A DNA stretch of 63,994 nt, filler included, from Phoronis australis (Eukaryota; Animalia; Phoronida), in the NCBI GenBank assembly GCA_002633005.1. It is 5 parts of 5 records of this genome, joined end to end, with 100 filler letters (N's around TTAATTAATTAA, not from the genome) between each part and the next. Parts side by side here need not be neighbours in the genome. Positions count along the whole stretch, not along the records: positions 23,541 to 42,188 come from NMRA01000252.1; 4 more parts are not named here. One strand, written 5' to 3'. Under the pieces are notes generated by a model, which worked only from the letters and a program-made list of their open reading frames with translations, had not been told where the DNA came from and did no database searches. Made by a program: the position numbers and the translations under genes. Shown piece after piece: positions 24,565 through 35,774 of this stretch (position 1 is the stretch's first letter; each line of letters opens with the position of its first letter).

Positions 24565-26379
24565 AAGAACTATAACAAAACAGGAATACCCAGCCCACCG
24601 CGGGGCTTATAAGTCACTGTAGATACATGGAAATACAAAAAAAACATGTGTACACGCATTGCACCACAAACAAGAAGACTAGTGACTAGATCATAAAACA
24701 TAAATGGAAATTTTACGTATCTCAAAAATATTTTTGATGAAGAATTCAGTTTTCCTGATCATATCTTTTCGCATAATGACAAGTCATTTATTTTTGAAGC
24801 TTTCTGCACGAAATCGTGTATATTTAATCTCAACTTGTGAGTAAAAGGTGTTCTGGCATCTTAAAAAAACGGACAGAAAATTACTTCGCTTTCTCCCTGA
24901 TCAGTGGGGCAAACACAGAAATCAGAAACGTCCAATCTAATGATTTGGAAAATGTGAGAAAAGTTATTATATTTTAAAGTAATGGCACAGTAACAGCTAT
25001 TTGGCCAGCAAAATTGTTTTACTCAGAAGTAAACACTGAAAGCTTTAACATATTGCTTGGCTTCTACTGTCTAACAAAATATCACAACGAGTGTTTTACC
25101 ACTGGTATATTACATTAATTATATTACATTAATTATAATACAATGTGGTGTACAATAGAAAGTTTTTCAAGTTCATTATAATTACAAAAGTAGCTTGACT
25201 AAGGGATCTAATCATCTTTCAAATAAAAATATGTAACTTCCATGGTATCCGCCTTGTAAACCAAGTTAAGTTGTCCATACGGATTATAATTTTATTCAGT
25301 AAACTCGGAGTGAACACTAAGGTATCAAACTGAAGGCTTCGAATAATTTGTATTATACACAAAATTATTTTACAAAAATGCTGCGTTGGACTTTTCGAGT
25401 AATTTTTAAGAAACCAAGCGGGCTCCATATTTTTTCGGAAATTACATGTACAGTATATTGGTGGTCGACTCTTTTTTTAGAACTACTCGGAAAATTGGGA
25501 ATCATTAAAAATTCCGAGATTTTAGATAGAATACGCTTTGGTGGCCTCCAAAACGCGAGACATCATTCAGTCTCAATGTTTATAAAGAGGTGCGTCTCTA
25601 TAATACTGCGAAAGCTCAGTCTGAAGGCTAGATAGTTCAAACTATTTGCAAAAGTCCTTTAGCCAGAAGAGTGAAAAGTCCGAAGGTTTTATACGCCGAA
25701 CATCATAAAAACGTAGAGGTCTCTATAGTCCGAAAGTTCTACGGACCGAACGTTCTAGTGTCAGAACATTCCCACTACAAAATCTATGGACTATAGAACC
25801 TTCAGACTCAAGACGTGGACCCGTTTACAAGTTTCGATTAATTTGAGGGACAGGGTCAAATTTGGTGTTGGCGTGCCAAGGTCTTTTATTATACACACGA
25901 CAACGTTGTACGGAAACTGATGATATTGTACCGGAAGAGCGTGTGTAAAAGGTCAATACTAATCCACTGTATAGACTATTCCACTCTCCCTTTGCAATAG
26001 AATCTCCTTTTTTTACTAGTGCTAAACACCATTGGGATAATTGATGTTTTCAACACCTCAATGGAGACAAGTAGGGTACTCATTGAATGGCAGCTTATGG
26101 ATGGCAGCTTCCTTTGCATGGCGCGTAGAAAGGTCTATATTGCCAGTCTTGCAATACACATCACGTATTGCAGAAACACGCGATTCCTTGTCAGAACGAT
26201 AATCAGCATTCACAGACATGCGTTTGCAACTGAAGGGCGTGGAATGGAGATGCGGGTTCTAATTATTCAACATCGAGTTTCTCTTTGCTGACCGTTGCAA
26301 AGCATTGTTGTGCTCCTTACCATGTAGATTTTACTCATAGGAAATATCTTTATTTGAAGAAAGAATACAGATATTTACT

Positions 26380-26925
26380 ATGGGAGTTTCTGAATTATTT
26401 AAATCTTCACGACGAAGTAAGCCAGTATCAAATGCAATTAATGTAAAGCCGTCAAACGAATACAGACACGGGATTGGCATCGCTAGGCAACGTGAAAAGT
26501 CTGACATGAAGGACAGAAGGGTGGCATCCTGGGCAAGAAAAGAAAAGAAAATCAAGCAAACGACGGGTAAAGAACATTTAAATAGCACGATTATAAATGA
26601 CAGAAAAAGCAACAAAACAAAAGATTTCACAACGAGAAAAAAGGTAAAGAAAATTTCTTTTCAGGGTGGCGAAGGATGCATGAAGCCACGTACATTCCAG
26701 AAAAGGATTACCAAATTGGAGCGAATTATACAAGAAAATGCCCAAGATCACATCAACAGCAGCGCAGAAAAACAGGGCTATGATCCGGATGTTCACGTTC
26801 ACACTTTCACACTTTTTAAGCCCGCAAGTCATTTCGAACCGAAGAACTTTGTCAAAGATGTGCGGCAAAAAGGTAATTCTTTTAATTTACAAATCACACG
26901 TTGCTTAAACGTCCAGGTCACGTGA
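26380..26925 (+). CDS. Lys/Arg-rich 181-aa ORF, unknown product
   Basis: Open frame only. An upstream broken frame has AAYGWQ..LYCQSC..H...C, weakly like a C3HC/BIR Zn finger. Confidence 0.25.
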   Translation: MGVSELFKSSRRSKPVSNAINVKPSNEYRHGIGIARQREKSDMKDRRVASWARKEKKIKQTTGKEHLNSTIINDRKSNKTKDFTTRKKVKKISFQGGEGCMKPRTFQKRITKLERIIQENAQDHINSSAEKQGYDPDVHVHTFTLFKPASHFEPKNFVKDVRQKGNSFNLQITRCLNVQVT

Positions 26926-27162
26926 TGTGGTCAGGAACATCCTGACACCATGCCATATTATAAAATTTTTAATCTTGCAAAAAACGTCAGGGAATACTTT
27001 CTCGCAATATTCTTGTGCACGTACAAAGAAACAACAGTGTGTGTAGTGAAGGGTACTACCTGGCCAGCCAGCTAGCTAGCTGCATGAAGACTATCGTCAA
27101 TAATAGCTAGCCAGCTAGCTGTATGGAGACTATAGTCAAAATACAGCTAGGTACCACTTATT

Positions 27163-28598
27163 CTTGGTACAAAGCTATATACTAAATATACAGCTTTGCC
27201 CCGATGTGGAAAAAAAGTGGTGCGATAAAATCTGACACAAAATTAGAGTGTCATTAAAAACTACAGTATTTCTTGAGTAAACAAAATTATTTAACGGTGT
27301 TGGAAAAAATGGCGTACTACCGTTATTCTGCTGCTGAAGTTGTGGAGCGATCTTTAGCGACGGCTTTCAGCGCCATGAAATATTGCGTCACCTATTGGCC
27401 AGTTTCTTTTTTCGCCGATTCTTCAATCAACTGTTGTTCTTTCACCAGCTTGCGTACACGTCACAACAAATTATTGGAACTGGTTTTACTTCATTGTAAG
27501 TTTTTTAGAATTTCGATACCGAAAAACCGAATTTCAGAACAAATTTTGCTGCTGCGAAGTTGTCGCAAAAATTTAGGAAATGGCGCGTGCGCATGACACG
27601 AGCGTACTGTTTTCAAAACGACGACATACTTTTCACTGTTAGAAAAGTCGGAAAGTTACGCAAAGAAAATGACGTTTATTCCATTGTTGCTGTAACGGAC
27701 AAGGTGAGTGTCAGTTGATTCCCAGATTTTGCATGTACCCCGTTCGGTCTTTAGCTTTACATGTTGATACAAGTTTTATGGCTAGGTGACGAGCAGAACT
27801 ACCATGGCTGTGTGCAATTTCGAGGTCTACGGAAGAAATAAACACAGAGGTACCTAGCTGTATTTAGACGATAGTCTTCATACAGCTATCTGGCTGGCTA
27901 GGTACCACTGTGTGTTTTTCTTCCGTAGACCCCAAATTGTACACAGCCAGTGTAGTTCTGCTCGTTACCTCGCCGTGAAACCTGTATCAACATGTAGAGC
28001 TAAAGACCGGACGGTGTGCATGCAAAATCTGGGAATCAAACGACACTCACCTTGCCCGTTACAGCCGTTTAAGTGAAAAACAATGCAATAAACGTCCTTT
28101 TCTTGCGTAACTCTCCGCCTTTTCTAACAATGAAAAGTATGTCGTCATTTTGAAAACAATACGCTCGTGTGACGCGCGCGCGCCATATCCTAAATTTTCG
28201 CGACAACTTCGGAGAAGCAAAATTTGTTCTGAAACTCGGTTTTTGGGTATCGAAATTCTAAAAACTTGTAATGAAGTCAAACCAGTTCCAATAATTTGTT
28301 GTGACGTGTACGCAAGCTCGTGAAGGAACAGCAGTTGATTGAAGAAAAAAGAAACTGGCCAATAGGTGACGCAATATTTCATGGCGCCGAAAGCCGTCGC
28401 TAAAGTCTAAAGATCGCTCCACAACATTTGCAGCAGAATAACGGTAGAACGCCATTTTTCCAACACTGTTAAATAATTTTGTTTACTCAAGGAAGACTGT
28501 AGTTTTTAACGGCACTAATTTTGTGTCAGATTTTATCGCACCACTTTTTTACTCACATCGGTGCAAAGCTGTATATTTATATACAGCTTTGTACCAAG
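27163..28598. repeat. 1.4-kb foldback: two ~680-bp inverted arms, plus a third partial copy at 28640-29080
   Basis: Starts CTTGGTACAAAGCT and ends AGCTTTGTACCAAG. Arms align throughout, and ORFs 27273+ and 28059- are mirror translations. Confidence 0.9.
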
Positions 28599-29121
28599 GC
28601 TAGCCCGCTACAGCAGTTTACGTGAAGAGCAATCTAATAGACGTCATTTTCTTGCATAATAATCCGCCTTTTGTAACAAAGAAAAGTCAGTCGTCCAATT
28701 GAAAACAGTGCGCTCGTGACACGCGCACGCGTCGTTTCCTTAATTTTTGCTACATCTCTCGGGAGGTGATGGCAACTTTGCAGCAGGAAATTTTGCTCTG
28801 AAATTCGGTCTGATGGTATTAAAATGCTAACAACTTGTAACGAAATGAAACCAGTTCATGTGACATGTTTGTAACCTCCTGAAAGAGAACAGTTGATTGA
28901 AGAATCGGCGTAAAAAGAAACTGACCAAAAGGTGACGCAATATTTCATAGCGCCGAAAGCCGACGCAAAAGATCGCTCCACCAATTTAGCAGTAGAATTT
29001 AGGTAGAACGCCGGTAAATAATTTGATTTACTCAAGGAAGTGTGTAGTTTTTAATGACAGTAATTTTGTGTCACATTTTATTTGTTCTTAATTACATATA
29101 TTCGTCATTATATTTTCATAG

Positions 29122-30598
29122 CAAGTCGACACGACATACATGTTATCGACGGTTATGAATCAGACACATCAGGAGACTGCAACCGTTGCTGTCATTGTCT
29201 TGATCCAGTGCCACGCACGGCAGGCGAGGTCTGTGAAAACTGCATGTTCAGACAAAAAGAATACGGGTCTTGGAACGTCGAGAACCACGGCGTAGAAATG
29301 TGGGTACGCGATAATCAAGACGTGAATGATACTCCACCCAGGTGCATCTGGCCTCAAGAAAGGATTTACAGTGAGAACGACCTAGAAACCCTGTACGCTC
29401 ATTATCCCAATATGTATAACCCTTTAACGGATATGGCGAATAGTGCGAACTCGTATCCCTTCCAGACAAGGGATCGATCACCTACGGCGAAAGTGTACAA
29501 GAAAGTGGTGAAAAACGTTTTGCGGGAGCTCGAGCAAACGTATGGTGCCGACTGGGACGAATCTGGCGTCAGTCCTGAACTAGTGTCGTGGGTACGAACA
29601 ATATTCTGTTTGTACATGTACTAAAATGGCTCGATTTTACCACCAGCTTTGTTTATTCAGACAATCTTGTATTTAGATGAAGCCAAGTATCTACAAAACT
29701 ACAAATTTTAACTCAGTCTGTAGAATTTGACTTTTGGCATTATGCCAATTCGATATTAATTGGATCATGTGGCGATGATTTTTTAGTAAAATGTAGCAAA
29801 AAGAAAGGTGCATCTACAGCAAATTAACATTATCAATAGCACAACTAAATTTTGTTTGACATAGATGGAGTGTCAAAAAGGCTGTTACGGTTTTCTCGCC
29901 CTAGTAAAGTAGAGTGAATTGGGCTGCAGTGTTATTGTGCTGCTCAAGGATTTTTAAAGGCGACTAAGAAGTACGAGCAACCAGAAGTTCATTTGCGCGA
30001 CCTTTAGAAAACTTGATGCTATAACCCTTTTTGTAAGGGCAAGTCCGATGTATCGACGGTGTGTGTGCACAGATCAATACAACTTCATCAAACTCTGCAA
30101 CAGCAGCCGCCAATGGTTACTCCCTGGTCGTCGTCCCAAATCCCCCTATACCGCTACCACCGTCTCCCCTCTCTGCCCCTGTCGACGTCAATTCCACACG
30201 CACATCATTCCGGTCACCCCCGACTCGGTTGCCATAAATGTATCTCATGGGCTGCGCACCATAGGGGGCTGGGAGGGCTATAGTCCCACCACGTTTTTCA
30301 GTGCTGCGCCGCCCATGTATTTGGACTTTGCTATTTTTTGGGGGGTGGGGGCAAAACATACTATCTTAACTCAAAATCCTGGATCAGCCCCTGCTTGGGA
30401 CTTCATTTATTGCGATACAACAATGCTTTTAATTTTCAGATAATACAACGACGTCTGGAAGAAGAAATGCAGTGTCGAGAAGAAATGTAGCTCGAGTAAA
30501 CCATGTGGCAGACGCACAACGTCATGTATATGTGCGAATCCAACGACGTGAATCACAAGACCTTTATTAATAGATTAATTATGGTGAATAAAAGGTGA
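29122..30598 (+). pseudogene. spliced Cys-rich gene of unknown function, convergent with the transposase (exons 29122-29591 and 30440-30598)
   Basis: TTTTCATAG acceptor; exon with CNRCCHC..CENC..SPELVSW; GT donor; TTTTCAG acceptor continuing in phase as IIQRRLEEEMQCREEM*LE*TMWQTH. Confidence 0.5.
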
Positions 30599-31149
30599 CG
30601 ATTTGAGCAACTCTAGGAAACTCACGTCGCATGTACCCTCGGATACAGTATGCGTCAGAAGAAACAAGACCAATTGAATTTGAAATAAACTCTTCCTCTT
30701 AATGTGCACCAAATATTTCTTTTTCTTAATTAGGCTCTGACGTGAGTTACGCGTAACGAATGTGGGTGGCAGCACACGGTGCATCACCATGAATCGCGTA
30801 TTCTTACCAAATTCCATGCAACAACTAAGCACCAATCGCCACTGACAAAACTTGATGTTGAATATTTTCCCCGTCCTCAGTTCAATAGCCACCGACTTTT
30901 AAAAAGTGCAAAACTTTAGCAAGTGGCAGTAGGTGTTTGAATCGATCTTTTATGTGGATGATGCGCAGGGCGATTTCACTGAGTTGTTGCCTTAATCCGA
31001 TCCGTAGTCAGCACACTTCGAGGGGAACAGCCTTTGTCAACAATTATGGTCGAACCACTGGCCTTTGAGCTTGCTGCCATCAAAATTTACTGCTGTCCAA
31101 CAATTTTTGACGTTGATTAATGTGTTATTTGCGAAGTCACCTGTCGAAT

Positions 31150-33260
31150 GCAGCTAAATATGCAATTTTGCAGCTGTCTAAATCTGCAACTGCTGTCATC
31201 ATATGAGGAATGGAGTCTGGTTTTGGTCTCCCTTGTCCAGTGGAGTTCATATCTCGGAATGTTGAAAAGAAGTTTTCCACCTACTGAGAACCTATTGCAC
31301 TAACATTATATGTTTGATTTCTGCAGAAAGGGAAAATTTGTATTTTCCTTTCCAAGTGCACCAACAATGCCTTGAAAGTTTGTTTCGGTATGCCTTTGAT
31401 TTATCTAGTTTGTGGCGGAAAGATGTTCACCGCAAATTCTTCTAAAAGCCATTTTCTAAGGCGCAGCTTCGGATGCATCTTTCAACAGCAGCTATGGCAG
31501 GCTCGTCCTCGGCATCAAACCAGTTTCGTATTAACTCACAAAATTCTTTCTCGTTGATATATTCGTCAAGCATATTTTCGTGAACATTCCTGGAAAATAT
31601 ACGTCTTGCTAAGGCTTCATCTTGCTTGTCAACGCAATCCTCAATCACAGCAAAATTGAGATGGGTTTTGCGAGATAGAGCAACACCTTCCCACTCTTTT
31701 TACTTCAAACTAGCAATTTCAGTAGTACAGAGTTTTGTCCTAGTACAAGTCAAAATGTGGCAGGCATCGGTGAATTGGACCTTTTTTGCCGTATTGGTCA
31801 GTATTTGGATGAGAAAACCAATTCTTCATACTATTTTCACAACCATGAAAACACAAAGTGTGGTACAATGGTCCAGATTCAATCAACTGTTGTAAAGCTT
31901 TATCCCATGTGTTCTCTACGAGAATCTTAGCGAGCTCTTGTTGTGATGCACGTTCTAAAACAGAACAACACATATTCGAACTGAGCAAACACTTCGATTG
32001 CGCTGATGATATTTCCTATTAGGGGAATTTACCCCCAAAGTTCAATGTAGACGTGAACAACTGATCTAGCTCTTTCTTTCAGCCTTTAATGTCGAAACAA
32101 ACAGCGTGTTTCACACGTAACACTTGCAGACACATTTGGAGTTCAAACTTGTGGAATGCCTTATTGAAAGTGTTCTTACATGCGAAAAGCCTTTTGAAGT
32201 CTTCAAAAGTTTTTTGTGATCATGCATGTATGTTTTCAGCCATTTCATTTGCTTTTAAAACATTCAGCATGGATTCAGACGTTGCAGTGCCCACAGTGTA
32301 ACGATCCCCAACTCCGCATTTCCATTCTCTTTACTTTGAAGTACATGTTCTGTATCCACGAATGTGTTGTCATCGTTGGCATATTCTGTGTAGTTGCGAT
32401 TTTCTTCGCCCAATTCCATGTGGTCGCCATCTGTTCTCAAAGGTATTTTATCAACATTCGTATCGATCACAGTTTGCAAGTGGCCATTACTGTAAATAGC
32501 CTCAAAAGCCCCAGAGAGCACTTCAGATGTTACACCAAAACTTCGTGTAGCACCTGGTTCTTCTTGGAAAAACCATGGTTCAACAAAATAGTCCTGTTCA
32601 AGGAACTCATGTGAAGTCTGCACGTTATTTGTTACTAAGCTTTCAGTTATATTTTCAATAGTACTTAGAGTTTCGAGAGAGTGTGCATCCTCAAGGAGTG
32701 CAAGACAGCTGAGATTCAGCTCCATCATATCTGTTGTGGCAAGTAGCACCAATGGTTGAATTTCTCTGGGATTTTGAGTGCTCTATGTTTAGTTACCCAG
32801 TCATTCACGGAACCATTGACATTGTCATTTCCTTCCAGCACATTCCAAATAGGTGATGGTCAAAATTAACCATGAAAGCAGTAAGTGACGTCTCCGATCA
32901 GCTCGTGAAGAGTAATTTATCACATCTGTAAGCAAACATCTCGACGAGTAACTGGACAGCGTAATATTTAGGAATCTTTTAGTATGCGTTAGGATTATAG
33001 GACTGGGGTGCTTTTCACTTGTTTTCATACATCATTATTGGTTCTGCATTATCACTTGTCCTGAGACTGCCATCCGGACTCACTACCATGAATGCTGTTT
33101 TATCGCCGTGAGGTAATTTTTGGCACCCTTCTTCGTAATAGCTCAGTTCTGGAAACAGAAACGGCAACACTTTAAATGTCATTGTCAATTGCGACTGCGT
33201 CCAGTTCGCGCTCAGTTCCATAAAGCATTATTTGAGTGTTAGATGCACTGAAACGAAGAT
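31150..33260 (-). pseudogene. YqaJ-like exonuclease plus P-element-like DDE transposase, frameshifted
   Basis: YqaJ part: MLYGTERELDAVA, EEGC..FMVVSPDGS..YENK, PKYYAVQLLVEM. P-like part: FTDACHILTCTR (DxxH), CVDKQDEALARRIFS, YNVSAIGSQ*VENFFSTFRD. Confidence 0.7.
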
Positions 33261-34233
33261 TTCCTTTGCCGTGAATTACTTGGTCACAATGTTTTTTTTT
33301 GTCTTTTTAAGGTCTCTAAGCCGAGTGAGCAATGGGGCTATTCGGAGAATTCTCCTCGCGGTGTCGTTGCTGTACAAGTGGTGATTGAATTGCGCATGCG
33401 TCGCTGTCTGCATGTAAACAGCTGGTAAAAAGACGAAATTGTTATCAAAATACGACGTCGCGCTAAGCCTTATTATTGCTATTATCCCTGGTGCAAGTCT
33501 TTGACAGGTGGTCACAATTTCTCAAAATACCTAAGGTTACTTCATTCGTGGAGCGTTGCGGTCAGAAGTGTGTGGATGCCGAAGCCCCGTGTGTGCTCTA
33601 TGCCTTTCCATTGGGAGACTACATACTGCAACGTTAGTTTTTAGCAACCAGTTTCTATCGACATCGTTAGGTGATGATATCCCCACCAGTTACCCCACTG
33701 AATAACGGGTTTATTGAGTGGAACTAGGTGTTTCTTTTCGGATGCCGGGTACAGTAGGCTAGCAGCACATATTCACATATTGTCCTGGGTGGGAGTGCGC
33801 CCAATATAAGAGGTGTATGGTACTTGACGCTCAGAAGTCGAAACTATGCTATGTCTAATAAAATTCTCTAGATGAGTGAGTTTCCTTATTTTATAGCAGG
33901 CCCCAACCCCAGGACTACCAGATTAGTTACCGAAATTACATGAATAAGCTATTCAGTAGATGTCTTACATGTAATATTGCACTGGAATGAACTTGACTTG
34001 TTGAGATCAGAAGCACATTTTAGGTGTCATGAAAAGTACATATTATTAAATTAATTTTAGCCTGTTTCACATATTTTAATTCAGATCTTAAATGAGACTT
34101 GGGTATAAAGACTAGTAGTTTCTACATAGAAACATGAGCATGAAACGTCAAGTATGTTCTGCCTTGCAAAAGTAGTTTTGTCTTGTGTTTTCTTTTATAA
34201 TTGGGTAATATTTGTCTGAGTATTCTGTTACAG

Positions 34234-34300
34234 GTGAGAGAAAACGACTGAAACCAACCGCCTGGCCGTCTATTTTACCTTTGGACAAAATGAAAATCAA
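34234..34300 (+). pseudogene. possible THAP C-terminal exon relic
   Basis: After a TGTTACAG acceptor: GERKRLKPTAWPSILP, similar to the THAP LK..AVPTIF box. Confidence 0.3.
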
Positions 34301-35612
34301 TCTTTCAGCAATAACCTGAGAGAATTGAAACTAATTCAGAAATTCAGCCCTCGATATGCCTGATTATAGAGTCCGTTGTGCAATTGTTTTTGTAGGTATG
34401 TAGTTGTTCAGTTTGCCATTTTGTTTTTAAATACACTGATAACTTTTTATTCTCGAATCTTGTGCATAGCAGATTCTTATCCAGATAGCTACAATTGAAA
34501 ACATACTTTTCTGGGATGGGGAACTTTTGTTATAGACAAGTTAACACAACTGTTCAAAGGCCTTCTTAAGAAACCTCTACAAATAATTACACACACAAAC
34601 AAATCAAATGCAAACAAAGGGAATACTTCATTTTGATCGCTGCACGTACATTTCTATAGGTCAACAGGAAAATGACAATTCACAAGCGTATTCGGTAATC
34701 ATTAGAGCTTTATAAAGAATAAGCACAACTGCACTGTATGGGGCTTTAAAACTGAAGAAATATTGTGGTTTCAATAATTGGTGACAAACTTGCCTGTTGA
34801 TGAAAAATTTATTCGATCATCAAAGTGCAACATTAACGAGCTTTCTACTGACGATAAGACAATCGATGCAGTCACTGAATGTCATTTCCCCATAATGTGT
34901 ACGAAATTGAAAAGTTTTTACCATTAGTATAAAGCCTTTCTTGGGAAAGGAAAAGTTAATGTCACTCAGTGAGAAAGGGCAAGTATTTATACCAGATGCT
35001 TTTGGGTTTCATTTCACTGGGATATAGTTTCAATGGCCTATAGAAGCGCTTGTAAAAAGGTCCAGTTTCGGCACGTGGCTCTCCTTCATGTAACCTCTTT
35101 CAGCCTCAATGACATCCACAATTAGATCCTTGAAGCTACACACTTGACTCGTTTGTGCCCAAAATCTGACCCTAAACTAGACCAGAGTGTGACTAGGTCT
35201 TCTTTAGCTTCAGTCCCTCTAACCTGGTTCCCGGGCCTCACAAGCTGACGTCACGGATTGCTTGTGAAGGCCCAGGTACAGGGCACTAGAACGATGGATT
35301 TCATTGGCTGTTAGCTGGCAATTTTTAACCAGGAAGTTGACGTGCGCATGCTTATATCCGGTAATAAGTTATGAGGTCGCTAGGTGTCGCAAGAGTAAAA
35401 AGTTATTTTTGGGTTGCGTTTGCGGTCGAAGTCTCTGGTGAAGTAGATGTTTATATTGTTATATTATCAACAAACTGAGCTGAAATTCATGTAATTATCG
35501 ATTCCTTATAATGTAAATAAACCTGAATTGACAATGGCTTCACCCTTTTCACTTGGCATTTTTCAGTTTCATTATTTGAAAGCTTTTTATGAATTGTTCA
35601 GGTCTCTTACAG

Positions 35613-35774
35613 CAGGGGCGGATCCAGGATTTTGAGTTTGGGGAGGGGGGCAGGGGCAGAGTATTTTGCTCGTCAGACATTCGCGCCCCCAACTTCCGAA
35701 TGGAATCTGAGAATCTGGGAGAACTTTAGGCTGAGCCATGGCCCCCTTGCCCCCCCCCCCCTAAATCTGTCACT
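35613..35774. mobile_element. hAT-like MITE (CAGGGGCGGATCCAGG family); related end at ~30372-30392
   Basis: Termini CAGGGGCGGATCC.. and ..AAATCTGTCACTG with G- and C-runs; no TSD recognised. Confidence 0.55.

Noticed and set aside
27273-28455. Paired 107-aa ORFs on opposite strands as duplicated genes
   Set aside because: They arise from the inverted repeat arms and differ by frameshifts; no domain recognised.
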